From contig NIVC01001512.1 of the NCBI GenBank assembly GCA_002269645.1, positions 186,001 through 250,000 of the forward strand: a stretch of 64,000 nucleotides of DNA, written 5' to 3'. The position numbers were made by a program, and so were the translations under genes. Shown here piece by piece: positions 1 through 11,639 of the stretch. Below the pieces are notes generated by a model that worked only from the letters and a program-made list of their open reading frames with translations, did no database searches and had not been told where the DNA came from. How positions within the stretch are numbered: position 1 is the first letter of the stretch; every line of letters starts with the position of its first letter. Source of the DNA: Macrostomum lignano (taxonomy: Eukaryota).

Positions 1-368
1 CACATGCCCTTCAAAGCGGTGCAGGTGTCCGAGAATCGCACGCTAACTGGGTTATTCTCTAGCCGGATTGAGCGCAACTCTTGGCAAGCCCGAAGTGAGC
101 TCAAATCTTCCACTGTGCGCAAACGATTAGCGCGCAAGTCTACGGTGGTTAGAAAGGGCGCCAGGCGCTCCAGAAGAGGCGCGAATGGAGTGAGACTGTC
201 CAGCTGATTCTCGGACAGGTTGAGCACAGCCAGCTCAAGATTTGGTATCTGGCTAAGCAGTTCCAACACGGCGGTGACAACGTTCGGCTTGTTGAGCGGC
301 AGGTACAGGCCGGAGCCGGCCAGCTCCGTGTCCGATTTCAGCGAGCTGAGGTCCAGCGCTTTGGTCAC
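1..368 (-). CDS. NXF1: NXF1/TAP-like nuclear RNA export factor, LRR exon (gene continues past window start)
   Basis: Manual translation after acceptor ttctcag: VTKALDLSSLKSDTELAGSGLYLPLNKPNVVTAVLELLSQIP..LNLSENQLDSL..VDLRANRL..IRLENNP. Matches the NXF1 'ALDL' segment plus LRRs; phase 0 with the upstream exon. Confidence 0.85.
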   Translation of the reverse strand, partial: MTKALDLSSLKSDTELAGSGLYLPLNKPNVVTAVLELLSQIPNLELAVLNLSENQLDSLTPFAPLLERLAPFLTTVDLRANRLRTVEDLSSLRACQELRSIRLENNPVSVRFSDTCTALKGM

Positions 369-532
369 CTGAGAATGGAGTTTTATTTCATACTTAATCG
401 GTAATAGTGTCTACGGTCATTTAATCTGAGCAGGGAGTAGTGTGTGGTAGACTAAGTTGAGTATCTGACAGATTCTGGTAGTCTAAGTTGTGTATATCAT
501 GTAGTGTCTGGTAGCTTTATCTACTCGAAAGT

Positions 533-705
533 TGATTATTGGGTAGAGTGGCTGGTAGCCAAGTAGATTTTTTGGGTAGAGTGGCTGGTAGCCAAGTAGA
601 TTATTGGGTAGACCCGGTAGAGTGGCTGGTAGCCAAGTAGATTATTGGGTAGAGTGGCTGGTAGCCAAGTAGATTATTGGGTAGAGTGGCTGGTAGCCAA
701 GTAGA
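533..705. repeat. ~32-bp minisatellite inside NXF1 intron
   Basis: About 5 copies of gattattgggtagagtggctggtagccaagta. Confidence 0.9.
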
Positions 706-712
706 CAGTCAC

Positions 713-1012
713 CTGTAAGTAGCGCCGACTAAGCGACTGCCGCAGCGCCTGTTTGGCCTCGTCGTCCAGCACGGGTACAACGGGCTCGCGCACCTCAGTG
801 ACATTGATCATGAGCTTCTGCCCATCTGGACAGGCGATCTTGCTAGCCACTTTGCTGTACTCCAAAGCGGTAGATTTCTTCTCCTTAACGTAAAAAAAGC
901 AATTGCGCTGCTCCGTGCGCCACATGAACGGAATAAAACTACGACTGAGATGCGCCTGCAGCGACTCCAATAGCCAGGCTCGATCGTATTTCACTCCGAA
1001 TACCACCGTGAC
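713..1012 (-). CDS. NXF1: NXF1-like exon, Tap RNA-binding (RRM-like) domain
   Basis: VTVVFGVKYDRAWLLESLQAHLSRSFIPF...LRQSLSRRYLQ resembles NXF1 ITIPYGRKYDKAWLL...MSKRY. Acceptor ccccag and donor GT; 300 bp, phase 0-0. Confidence 0.88.
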
Positions 1013-1132
1013 CTGGGGATTAAGAGAAAAGTTTATGGATATTTTTTAGCATTTATAGCAGTGAGTTAGGCAGTGATTATCAGTTTAGATCAATGTCATC
1101 TATCAATTTTTTAAACGGACTATTAATGGGGG

Positions 1133-1591
1133 CACATATAATAGAATAACTAGATGGGCCACTCAGGCATAAATACTTAGCAAAACAGCTTTCTACTTTC
1201 AGTTCAGTAGCAATGAAGAATACATAAGCTATTTTATGAAAATAAAGGCAGCTGAGATGACTTTGATAAGTTTAGAAGCCCAAGCTTGCAGACGCAAACA
1301 GCTTGCTAATCGGTTGAGCCATAATGTACATTGGCCACTGAAATGTACAAGGCAAGGCTGGAACAACCGAGGAAGGTAATAAAAATTGGGTGGCGGGGCA
1401 GGGGTAGAGAGGTTCGGTATGGAGTTTGAGGGTTTAAGCTTGGGGGGGGGGTAAAAGCCAATAAAAATAAACCTTTTTAATGTAAAAAATAAAATATACA
1501 TTAAAATGCTTCAGTTAACCTTATTACTGAACTGAAAGTAGCTTACATGCAAATGTGCTGAGTGGCCTATCTAGTTATTTTAGTATTTGTG
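1133..1591. mobile_element. MITE, CAC...GTG family (copy 1, inverted relative to copies 2 and 3)
   Basis: Long imperfect TIRs (cacatata-atagaataactagatgggccactcag / ctgagtggcctatctagttattttagtatttgtg). Homologous to 18726-19173 and 62448-62895. Confidence 0.8.
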
Positions 1592-1629
1592 ATGGATGGG
1601 GTGGATTTTATTAATAAGCTACTGTAGAG

Positions 1630-1882
1630 CAGGGGTCGGCAAACTTTTTTTACCGCAAGGGTACACGAGGGAGAGAGGAGAGGGAATAGAGAAGAGAGAT
1701 AGAAGAAAGAAGGTAAGGAATAAAGGAGACGAGAGGAGGATAGGGAGGAGAAGGGAGCTGAGAAGACACAAACCCTGAGCGGGCCGGATTGCTATTGTGA
1801 AGTTTCAAAGGACCCGAGGGCCGGATAAGAGAGGCTTTGCGGTTCGCATGTGGTTTGCGGGCCTGAGTTTGCCAACCCAATG
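1630..1882. mobile_element. hAT (Charlie-like) MITE
   Basis: Termini caggggtcggcaaact / agtttgccaacccaatg, with gcgggccggat subterminal motifs typical of Charlie-type elements. TSD degenerate. Confidence 0.6.
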
Positions 1883-2008
1883 TCGCTAGAGTGATGAGAT
1901 GAGCACGCGCACCCAGGGTCTCACCGTCAGGCATGTACACACTCTGAATCATGGGGATTAGCTCTTTTCTCATGCAAGGGTTTTAGCTGGTGGGTAAAAT
2001 AGACAAAC

Positions 2009-2313
2009 CTTGAACCATCTCTCCTCGTCTGCATTAGGCCTGATATTATCGGCGATGAGGTTGACGCGGCCGGGACTAATATTGGCAAAGTTAGCGCCGC
2101 CGCGGCGCGGGTGGCCCCGCTTTTCGATGCCGCCACGGCCGCGAAAGCCGCTGAAACCGTCGCCGCCGCCGCCTCGAGCACCGCGGTAGGTTCCGCCACC
2201 GCCACGGTTGTAGTTGCCAACACCAGCACCGACGCCGACGCCGCCGCCGCCGCCGCGGCCTGGACTGATGCGAACAACGCGGATGCCTTCGCCGCTGCCG
2301 CCCTCTTCGGCAC
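2009..2313 (-). CDS. NXF1: NXF1-like exon, RGG-rich N-terminal region ending WFK
   Basis: A frame absent from the ORF track reads AEEGGSGEGIRVVRISPGRGGGG..YRGARGGGG..RGRGG..NADEERWFK and splices (AAG|gtttgt) in frame onto VTVVFG. Acceptor tttattag; the upstream ATG exon was not located. Confidence 0.8.
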
Positions 2314-2480
2314 CTAATAAATCAAGTTTGTAGTAGTAGTGGTAGTCAAAGCTATGCTTAACAGGTCAAATATTTGATAAAGCCAGGTTTCTATTTTTTA
2401 GTTGTAGACAACACTAATTTACACAAACCGGTTGTTATACCTTTGTGTCGCTGAGAACATTGCACAACAATACTGTATAC

Positions 2481-2590
2481 GGGGGTTGTAGCCTACTGGT
2501 TAGAGCATTAGACTTACAACTAAACGGTTGGGGTTCGATTCTCGACCCACTCAGAACAATTTGTTCCTGAGCAAGACACTTAACTCTGTA
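2481..2590 (+). mobile_element. tRNA-derived SINE with CORE-like domain, truncated
   Basis: A box gtagcctactggttagagc, B box ggttcgattc, then gagcaagacacttaactc. Same family as 21750-21951. Confidence 0.7.
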
Positions 2591-3049
2591 TTCTTTCTTT
2601 AGCTGGGATAATCAAAGATCTATAGCAACCAATAGTGCTTGGACTAAACAGCCATAAACAGCCTTCAGATGCACCATGCAATAGTTGTAGCTTAGCTGCC
2701 AGTTGCACATCTGGCCATTAGGGCAGGCGTATTAAAAATAGTATATAGCATTGCATATCACGGAATATACACAATGCTCAATTACACATTTTCCATGAAG
2801 CCGAATTAAAATTAGGGCGTAGTTTTGTTGTGAAGTCTATGGCCAGTAGTATCAATTAGCGAAGAATAATTTAGTAAAAAGTATCAAAAGCAGTAACAGA
2901 TCCTATTACAGAAATCGAATTTAAAATCCAGTCAGTTTATTAAGGAAGTCAAAAATTTGAATCTTTAAAACTTCAGTCAAACAGCATTTATTTGAAACAG
3001 CTTCTTTTCTTCAGTTCTCTTCATTCCTGTTGTGCGCCCTTGCTTTCTC

Positions 3050-3445
3050 TGCTGCCCCTCTGACTGTTGCACCAGTGATAAGCAAATTCTGGAAAATAAC
3101 TTGGCCACTGCCCTTGTGCAGCATTCACTGTGATTCAAGCTATGCGTGTGAATTTTAGCAAGAACAATAAGAAAGAACTTTTCTTGCAGCCATTGACCCA
3201 CATCCTTCAGAACAAACACCTCTTTGTCTGTTGTCATAAAGGTGCATTCTATCTGATAGACTGCAGATGTGATTGACTGCCTTTTTGGGTATACAATGAC
3301 CAGGTTTCTAGTTCGATCCTATTTTTGAGTTGCAGAAAAGTGCATCGCTTCCAAACCATTGACTTTCAATGCCTGTTGGCATTCTTTGCACTTGCACTCA
3401 TATTTGAAGAGCTTGAAAAGTAGCCAGCCCCAATGTAGATGCACT
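3050..3445 (-). pseudogene. Decayed P-element/THAP9-like transposase C-terminal fragment
   Basis: One frame with one internal TAG: GWLLFKLFKYECKCKECQQAL..K*DR..LVIVYPKRQSITSAVYQIECTF..C..AVAKLFSRI. Resembles the GY-x-CxxC...L-YP...E-F...C...F-R pattern of P transposases, recognised by eye. Confidence 0.45.
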
Positions 3446-3870
3446 TTTTGCTTTCAATGATGCTGAATATACTGACAAATAGGTCATGAGCTTTTTAGTT
3501 GATGCAGTAAAGTTTACTGAAATTAAATCAATGCCCTGCAACCTAGGACTCTGCACATTTGCACCTGTAGCTACCTAGGCCTGAAATTTGCCTAGCAAAG
3601 TGCTGCCATCTTTCTTGCAATTGCTGTTGGTCTAATAATGCTAAACATTAGCAAGCTTATTTGACTAGCAGTAAGGCAAGACTGCTAGCTAAATAATGAT
3701 AAGCTTATTTGATTAACACCTACCAATGAGGTAGGATTACTAGCTAAATAAGCATTGCTGCCTTTGTTGAAAAAATATGTTTTTTGGAATTTACAGGGGT
3801 ATAGAAGGATTGCTGATTTTTTGGTACACATTAAAAACAAACAATTTTATACATTTAGTAGTATAAAAGT

Positions 3871-4791
3871 TGTAGTGATCCGCTAGTTGATGTTAGGCGT
3901 CCCACTTTGTCAGCAGTCTCCCTCGCCCTCGCCCTGGGTTGCTGTCTGCCGCTGGTCAGCTTCCCACCCCCCTTGGCCCGTCTGTTGCTCCCCTTGGCCT
4001 GTTCTGCCCTTCTGCGTCTCTGTTCTCAGCCCTCAGCTTCTCTGCTGTGGGCTGTCTCTGTTTCGTTCCTGTCCCGTTTTCCTCTGTCATGTGAGCAAGT
4101 CACATGACAGACTCTGCGTTCTTCGAGTCCTAAAGTGCAGTAAACATGTTTACTGCACTCGTTGGCCCTGTTTACCAGGAGAATCACGTGCTTTCGGACC
4201 CCTTCCTTCTCTAAGGAGAGGAGTGACTCATGTTGCTAAAAATAGCAACTGAGTCGCAGCCGCGTGTACTCTGGCCGGAGACCTCAAGTGACGTCAGTTC
4301 TAAAAATAGAACAAGTCACGAGGTCTTGTGCGTGGGTGTTTCCCGGCTATAAATAGGACCCCTCTCCCCTTGTTTCCGTCAAGGATTTGGCTTCTTATCT
4401 GCGGAGAATTCACTAAGATCCCGTGTGCGTCAGTGTCTAACTAAGTGCCCTTTGCGTACTGAATCCGTTTGTACTGGTCTGACTGAGACCCCACTAAAGC
4501 CCAAGCCTAAGGGAGGCTAACACTGCCTTCCCAGCCACCCCTGAGCCCGGCGGGGATCTGCTGATCAGGACGCCTTGTTCATTAATCTGCAAATCTGCAC
4601 GCTGTGCTGAGTTCGTTGACTTGTTTATTTCGTTCCGACGGGAAGCTCACCTTATCGAAGGCCGAGACCTGAAGGAACTGGTGGCAGCACTACCTACGCT
4701 ACTGAGAGTTGAGAGAACTTCCCACTGAAGAGGCTTGAGTCTTAAGGTAATCTTAAGCGCCTAAATCGGGAAGAAACCCCATTCTATTTCA
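3871..4791 (+). mobile_element. 5' LTR of a truncated LTR retrotransposon (internal region missing)
   Basis: Starts TG (3871 or 3891), TATA ctataaata near 4348, ends ...tttca, and is followed directly by a PBS. No gag follows. Confidence 0.65.
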
Positions 4792-4792
4792 C

Positions 4793-4812
4793 TGGTGGCA
4801 GCGGTGGGATTC
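4793..4812 (+). promoter_or_regulatory. Primer-binding site, tRNA-Leu
   Basis: TGGTGGCAGCGGTGGGATTC is complementary to the 3' end of eukaryotic tRNA-Leu (...GAATCCCACCGCTGCCACCA). Confidence 0.85.
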
Positions 4813-6344
4813 AAAGACCACCAGCCTCTACTTCAAAGTAAATAGTCTAACAACTAAAGCTATATTCTATAGTCTAATATAGTAGTTTAATATAGATTTT
4901 AAATGTTTTAAAAAACTTCTAGGGATTGACTGTGATCATGGTCACAATCCCAAAAACTATGATCACAACGAAAAAATCATGCATAGTCTTTTGCCAATCA
5001 CAATTCATGAATTTTGTGAATTAAACATTACTTTTTTCTAGTCATTTCTCCACTTGAAAAGCTGATTTTAGCATGTTTGAAAAAAGTCAGGAAAATGAAA
5101 TTAAAAGCAAACATTTGCATTTTATCTTTAATAAAATTGCAATTAATTAATCAGTCTTCACACAACATGTTTTGCTGAACAATTGGCATATTTAGGCAAG
5201 GTAATAATATAGATTCAAAGAGATAGTATAAATTTTTTAAAAACTAGTAGGCCAAAATGATTGTAAGTATGGATAACAGAGTTGGATGGCCCAAAATAAG
5301 AGGCAAAAAGGAGAAAATAAGGAGATTTTGGAACTAATTATAGACACTAGTAATTATCTTCCCTATTGGAATAAAAGTTGAAAACCCACGGACATGCACT
5401 TTAGAGTAGAGTCAAATTATTTTACCACGCTTTAGCATTATTAGAGATGTTCCGTTGTAATTGACAAAATTGTCCATTTCAATCTGTTGAAATTGAAATT
5501 TGATAACTTTCCAAAATTGAAATTGAACTTGAAATTTCCCGAAATCAAAATTCAGAAAAACAAAGTTTAATATGACTAGGCCTAACACTTACTTTTTTAC
5601 ATTTTGATTTACTGCTTATGCAAAAAAAATACATGTATATGTAGTAGAAATTACTCACTGTTTATTTTTAGCCACTTAGAAACTTTTGAAATGTTGACTT
5701 CCAATTTTTTTCAAAATCGAAATTTGCTCTTAAAAATTTTGAATTTTGGAAAATTGAAATTGAAATTTCAGAACATTGCTAGGTATTATAAATGACAAGT
5801 GTATAGGCTCCTTCTACAGAGGTATTAGGCCCCCTTCCATGTATATTTATTTGCTTGAGCAGCAGCCAGTGGGGAAGGGCATTGCGCGAGCAGGCCCTGC
5901 GTGCTTGTGTGCGCACTGCGCTTTAGAAAAATTTCAAAAGTGCGCGAGACACCGTCCACAGTTTTACAACTTTTTCCTATAGGGATTATCTTGGAAAACT
6001 TTCCTCTGCTAGGCCCAAAAATTTGCATGCCTTGCATGCCAAAAGTAGGTATGTACAATTGGCGTACATCACTCCTAAGAAAATAATATATGTGCATACC
6101 TGGTGTGTACTTTATAGATTCATGCAGAAAAGTTATTGTGAAAAAAAAATGAAAAAAAATCTTTTTTAGGTATAAAATTATAAATTGCTAGCTTTCTGTG
6201 TTTTTAAAGCTTATAGGCCTAATAAAGCATTTATACTAATCTTTGTGTGTATCAATTTTCCACCATACATGCCCAACACCTATCTGACCTGTCCGAACTG
6301 ATGGGTGAAATGGCCCCAGCTTAAGTCAGTTGCAAAATCGAAAA

Positions 6345-8743
6345 TAGTGATGGACCGAATGTGGATTTTTGCAGGTTTCCGAAACCGAATCCGAATGTAC
6401 AAAAAAAATCCGAATCCGAATCCGAATGTTTCCGAATGTAAGCAAAAAGTGTAAGGTAAACGGCGGGAGTAACTATGACTCTTTTAATTTACGAAAATGT
6501 CTCGTCATCTAATTAGTGCGCACATAAATTGACTGACAAGATTCCATCTCTCATGGGCTTATATTCGTACTCGTACTTTTATCTTAGGGGTCGGATGTGA
6601 TCACAATTGTGAATTCAGGACCATTTTTTCATGATAGTGATTTTGTTGAAACCTGTGAGGTGGGGCGGAGAAAGATTTAAAACTTTGAAAGTTGGTAGTT
6701 TTGAAAAGTTAGGTTTTCCTCGAAACCGAATGGCGTTGAGTTCGCACGAATTGAATCCGGAAAAATTCGTGTGGACGAATCCCAATTGAAATGTCTCGTA
6801 GGTACTCCGACTGCCGGGGTCCTCAATCCCGGGGGGAGGGTAGTTTAGTCGTAGTCGAGCGGTCTTTGTTGGCGCAAGCATTCAGAGCGGGTCCTCAGAC
6901 ACCGAATTTATTGTATCTCATATGTTTGACTTAACTGGTTACTAACAGTAGAGTAGCGCTGCCAACACCGTAATTCGTGTATTACGGAACGTTGGGGTCT
7001 CAGAGCTTGCTTCGAGATGAGACTGGGTTGTTTTACGCCCCACGGGCAAATGACTCAAAATAAGCTAGGCTTCGGGTTATTAATGAAAAAAAATTAGCGT
7101 CAGATCAACTGTTTTATTAGCTCGTAAGAGTTCAGCGGCTGGGTACTAAGTTAATAAGTTCAACGGAGGAATTAGTTTGGTGTGTGTGCGAAATCAACTT
7201 AAGGTAGTAAATAGTAGAAGGGACCGAACCCTACTCCGGCGGATGATTGCTGGTGCCGCGGTGCACGACTGGATAAAAACGACTTACGCTAGTTGTAAAT
7301 AAGTTGGGCAAATTAAATATTAGTCGTTAAATTGAATGGGGAGAGAGCGAGGGTGGGCAAGAAAAGAAACACAAAAACAACCTTAAAGTAGATATAAAAA
7401 GGAAGGGAGAGCAGAAGAAAGAGATCTTTTAAGAAAAAATTGGGCAGCTCCAGGGGCACCATTATATAGAGATTGAAAACGCAAAAGATGGACAAATGGG
7501 GTCAAACATTGGTGGCAAAAGGTGGTCACGGGGTCCAAGCAATGAACAGACAAAATTAACACGGAAAGATAGGGCAATAAACAAAGTTTCCAAAGGAGGG
7601 ACGCAAAAGACCAGAAAAAGAAGTGGGAAAACCATCGCAAGAATGGGGAAACTGACGAAATAAACCAACAACTGGGGCACAGGGTGGACACAGAGGACCA
7701 AAAACTGGGGACAGCGGGAATGGGTCAAAAGGTGGTTTAATAAGTCACGTATACTAATATTAATTTTTGGAAACTAAAAATAATAAAGTTCATTGGATTG
7801 TTAGTGGCAGCCCCCAACTGCCACACCTGTTCCAACGGTTGTGAATTTCTGCTTACGTTTTATTAGAAATATAACTTTTCTACTTGATTTACCAAAAAAC
7901 GTGAACACGAATGTGTAAAGAATTAATAAATTTTAAATTTGTTGACTTGACAGCATTACGGCCAAGTAGCTATTATCAATATACGAGTATGATTTCTTTT
8001 CTTGTTTGTTATTTTCAACACTTGTAACTTACGAGCTTAATATACATGTATGCTAATATAAATTCACGATCACGATTACGCCTGACTTTGAAAAATTCAC
8101 GCATGACCAAAATCTTCTGCTTGTCCGACCTCTACTGATATCTATCGCGAAACCAAATTTAAAGAGACGGACTTAGATAGGAAATTCAGTTCTACTTTTA
8201 CCGTGTTATATGAACATCTAATTCTATAGTACTATTGACTATAGCTAATGAGTGACATATACATATATATAAAGTGCAATTATGATAATTTTACCGTACA
8301 TACGTACAGTCCATGTGACCCGTGCAGTTGCAGTTTTGCATTTTGAAAAAACCTGTTATTACACTTAAACAATAATTACCAAAATATTTCCGTAACTTTA
8401 GGTTTATTGTCTTACGGGTCTCTAGGTTTAGTAAATTTACTTATTTAACTTTTTTTAAACATATATTGCTGCAAAAATAGACAATCGTAGAAAAAAATAA
8501 TAACGTGATAGATTTTGCTCTTTGCCTTTTAATTTTCTTTCTTTTTAGTTTTTAGTTTCTTTATTTAACGGGTTGCATGCTTTGGTTTCTTGATTTATAA
8601 TATTTATTTTAGATTTGAATTTTAGAAGCACATTCGGAAATATTCGGAAAAAAAATTTCCGAATCCGAAACATTTGGATTCCTATAAAAGTAAGACTTTT
8701 TTCGGATTCGGATTCCGAATCCGAATATTCGGATCCATCACTA
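6345..8743. mobile_element. Non-autonomous hAT element, 2.4 kb
   Basis: TIRs TAGTGATGG.. / ..CCATCACTA, dense subterminal CCGAAT/ATTCGG repeats, perfect 8-bp TSD ATCGAAAA (6337-6344, 8744-8751). Confidence 0.88.
6455..6545 (+). pseudogene. Decayed 28S rRNA fragment (R2/I-PpoI target region)
   Basis: ggtaaacggcgggagtaactatgactct...aaatgtctcgtcatctaattagtg...agattcc aligns to the conserved 28S segment. Confidence 0.85.
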
Positions 8744-8889
8744 ATCGAAAACATAAAAAACAAAAACTTTTGGAAGAAAGGAAGGGAAGAGAAGGAAAAG
8801 AAAGGAGGGAGAGGGGAAAGAGGAGAGAGAAATAGAAAGAGAAGAAAAGAGAAAAAGGCAAGGAAAGTCATATACTAAGCGAAAATTAA

Positions 8890-8982
8890 GTTACAATTGG
8901 AGGAACTAAGTCACAATTGGGAGGAACTAAGTTGCAATTAGGAGGAACTAAGTTGCAATTGGGAGGAACTAAGTTGCAATCG
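8890..8982. repeat. 21-bp tandem repeat
   Basis: ggaggaactaagttgcaattg, about 4 copies. Confidence 0.8.
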
Positions 8983-11535
8983 GGAGATTTTTTGCCTATC
9001 ATCTAGGCATTGGAGTAGTGTATCTAGGCATTGTAAATATGGCAAATTTTTGAAGGCATGATACAGGAGGCTCTAATTTGTGTGCAGCACAATGGTGTTA
9101 GGAGAAATTGTTTCTTGCCCATGGTTTTAGTATGTTTTCCACTGTAAATTGACCAAAAAGTTATTATTAAAGCAAACCAAATTAAACTAATTAAACCAAA
9201 GTATTCGCAATGCATTCGCAGTTGTTATTACAAATAATTATTCAAAAAGTTTTCTTTAAAAAATATACATAAAAGATAAGGATACTCCCTAAAAATAAGA
9301 AGACAAAGTCCAAAATAAGAAGAAATAAAGAAAATAAGCCTAAGGAGACTGTCAACACCCTGTAGAAGTGTAAGATATGCATGTCTACTTCAATGAAAAG
9401 GTTTTGATTTGTTCAGAAATTTTTATAATAATAAAAGCAATAAGATAAATGATACAGAAAATAGTTACTTCCATGGGATGGCACTAGCCATTAGGCCTAC
9501 ACAACAGTCAACACACAAGGCATACACAATACAACATCATATATACTTACTTCTTCTATCAAAACGATATCGAGAATTAGGCCTGCCGCGTTGGAATGGC
9601 ATATCTTGTATAAATTTAGGCCTAGTAGGGAAACTAAAAATCACTTCTTCAAGAAGTTATTGACTTCGAAAGAAAATTTATATGAACAGCAGAAAAACAA
9701 TCAGAATGTTAAAACCTCTCCTGAACAAGGTTGTAATATTTCGTACACAATTGCTTTAACGTTTAAAGCAGTTAATACAAAAAGTTATTTGTTTTTTTAA
9801 AAACAAAATGACGTATTTTTAGCTCCGCATTCACAGTTTTAGTTTTACTTCGGTTATTTAAAGTAAAAAATTGTTATAACATTAAGTGACTGGTGCTTTT
9901 GCGGCTTTTCATATTACCAATTCCAGAATCAGAATCGGTTCGGATCTTCCAAGAAAAACAGCATTTAACTGCGTTAACAACCTCACTTAGCATAATTTTT
10001 CACTTTCTTCTTGGCGATTGTCATTCAATAATAAAAACTTTATAGCACGTATCTCCCTCTAGTTATGGAGACAAAATTGACAAACAGGATTAAGGGCCTA
10101 CTATCAAATTGAATAGAAAAAAATACTAAAAAAAACTTTCAAAATCTCACTGACTGGACTAGGCCTATTACTAGTCTCTAGGCTCTAGCCTGCCTGAGGA
10201 CCCACCTTTGACAATCCCTAGGGCCTATGTTTGGCCTGGCATTTATTGACTACTTAGGCCCTAAGCCCTAGGCCTAGGCTCTTTTTCCAATTAATTGTTT
10301 TATTTCTAACGGATTTATCATGATTATCATTCAAGAACTGAGACTATCAAGGAGCATGTGATCTAGGCCTCTCATGACTCAAGAGACTTGGGAGTCAATT
10401 TAAACTCAAATATGCAATTCTGACTTTTTAAAAGCTGATATTTTTTAAGACATAGGCCTACTCATACGCTATATGCCTATAAGCTATATATAGCCTAGGG
10501 CCTTTTCATATTGTTGCTTGTTCTAGTTCCAGAACCAGAACCAATTTGTGAGATATAACTTATTGTTTGTCCTGTTTGTCCTTTTTAGAGAATTGGTCAA
10601 GTATTAAATTTTAAAATAGTTATTAATATTATAAGTTTTGCCTATGATCATAATTTACAATAGGCTATGATCTAATTTTGCCTATATACTATGATTTTTA
10701 TTATTTAATATTTTTATTTAATCAGTTTTTGTACTTATATATACATATAGGCTATATACAAGCCGTTGAAACCCGTGGACTATGAACCTGGAGAATTCCA
10801 ATCCCCAGAACTAATTTTGCATGTATTCTGACATCTAAGGCCATACACAAACAAATTAATAGTTAGTGGGATAGAGGTAGACATAAAATGGAGCACATTT
10901 GTATAAAATTAGGGTTTGAGGCAAATATTGATATATTGGCTAGGGTACTCTGCAAAATGCCAGGCAATGTCTGTCTGACTCTAAAACATGTATTGGCAAA
11001 CTCTAGTGGCCTGGCCTCTCCCTGACTCCCTATGTCCCTTGGATCCTTTAAAATTTCTATTGTCTCTTCTATTTCTTTTCTTCTCTCTCGTCCCTCGTAT
11101 ATCCTCTCTCCTCTCTTTTCTCTCCTCTCTTCTCTCTTCTCTTGTATCTTCCCTTATTTCTCTTCTCTTTCATCTCTCTTATCTCATCTCTTGGCTATTT
11201 TTTCTCTCTCCTCTCTTCTCTCCTTTCTACTTTTTGTTTTCTCTTTGCTCTCCTCTCTACTCTTTCATTCTCTCTCTCCTCTACTCTCTCCCATCTTCTT
11301 TCGTATCTTCCCTCATCTTTCCTCTCTTTCATATCTCTTATCTCATCTCTTCCCTCTTCTTTCGTCTCTTCTCTCACCTCTTTCTTTTCTCTCTTTCCTC
11401 TTATCTCTTTTCTTGTTTTTTCTCTTCTCTCTCCCCTTGTCACTTGTCTTTTCCCTCATCTCTCTTCTCTCTCGTCTGCTCTTTTATCTCTCCTTTTTCT
11501 TCTTTTATCTCCTCTCGTTTCTCTCTGCTCTGCCT

Positions 11536-11598
<63 letters not shown>

Positions 11599-11639
11599 GT
11601 CTCTCTGTCTTTCTCTCTTATCTTTCCTCCTCTTTCTAC

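Larger units (their letters stand above)
6262..9000. mobile_element. MITE-like host element (same family as 16188-16526) interrupted by the hAT insertion
   Basis: 6262-6344 and 8744-8980 match the left and right parts of 16188-16470 (accatacatgcccaacacc..ggtgaaatggc..agttgcaaaatc; aaagtcatatac..aaattaagtt..ggaggaactaag). Right boundary approximate. Confidence 0.55.

Noticed and set aside
7015-7045. Resemblance to 28S GTGAGACAGGTTAGTTTTACCC
   Set aside because: Too short and gapped to distinguish from chance.
6868-7824. Solo LTR on the minus strand (TGTGGCAG..CCAACA)
   Set aside because: TATA and polyA-like motifs are present, but there is no TSD, no convincing PBS and no second copy.
9975-10025. 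Minus-strand MTIAKKKVKNYA-gtgagg as the missing NXF1 first exon
   Set aside because: The donor is phase 2, but the exon at 2313 needs phase 1.
4920-10220. TAGGGATTG / CAATCCCTA as TIRs of a 5.3-kb hAT element
   Set aside because: Only a 9-bp match, and the flanks (aaaacttc versus gggcctat) show no TSD.
10988-11639. Long Leu/Ser/Phe-rich ORFs resembling membrane proteins
   Set aside because: CT low-complexity sequence; only the GIY-YIG part from 11640 is real coding.
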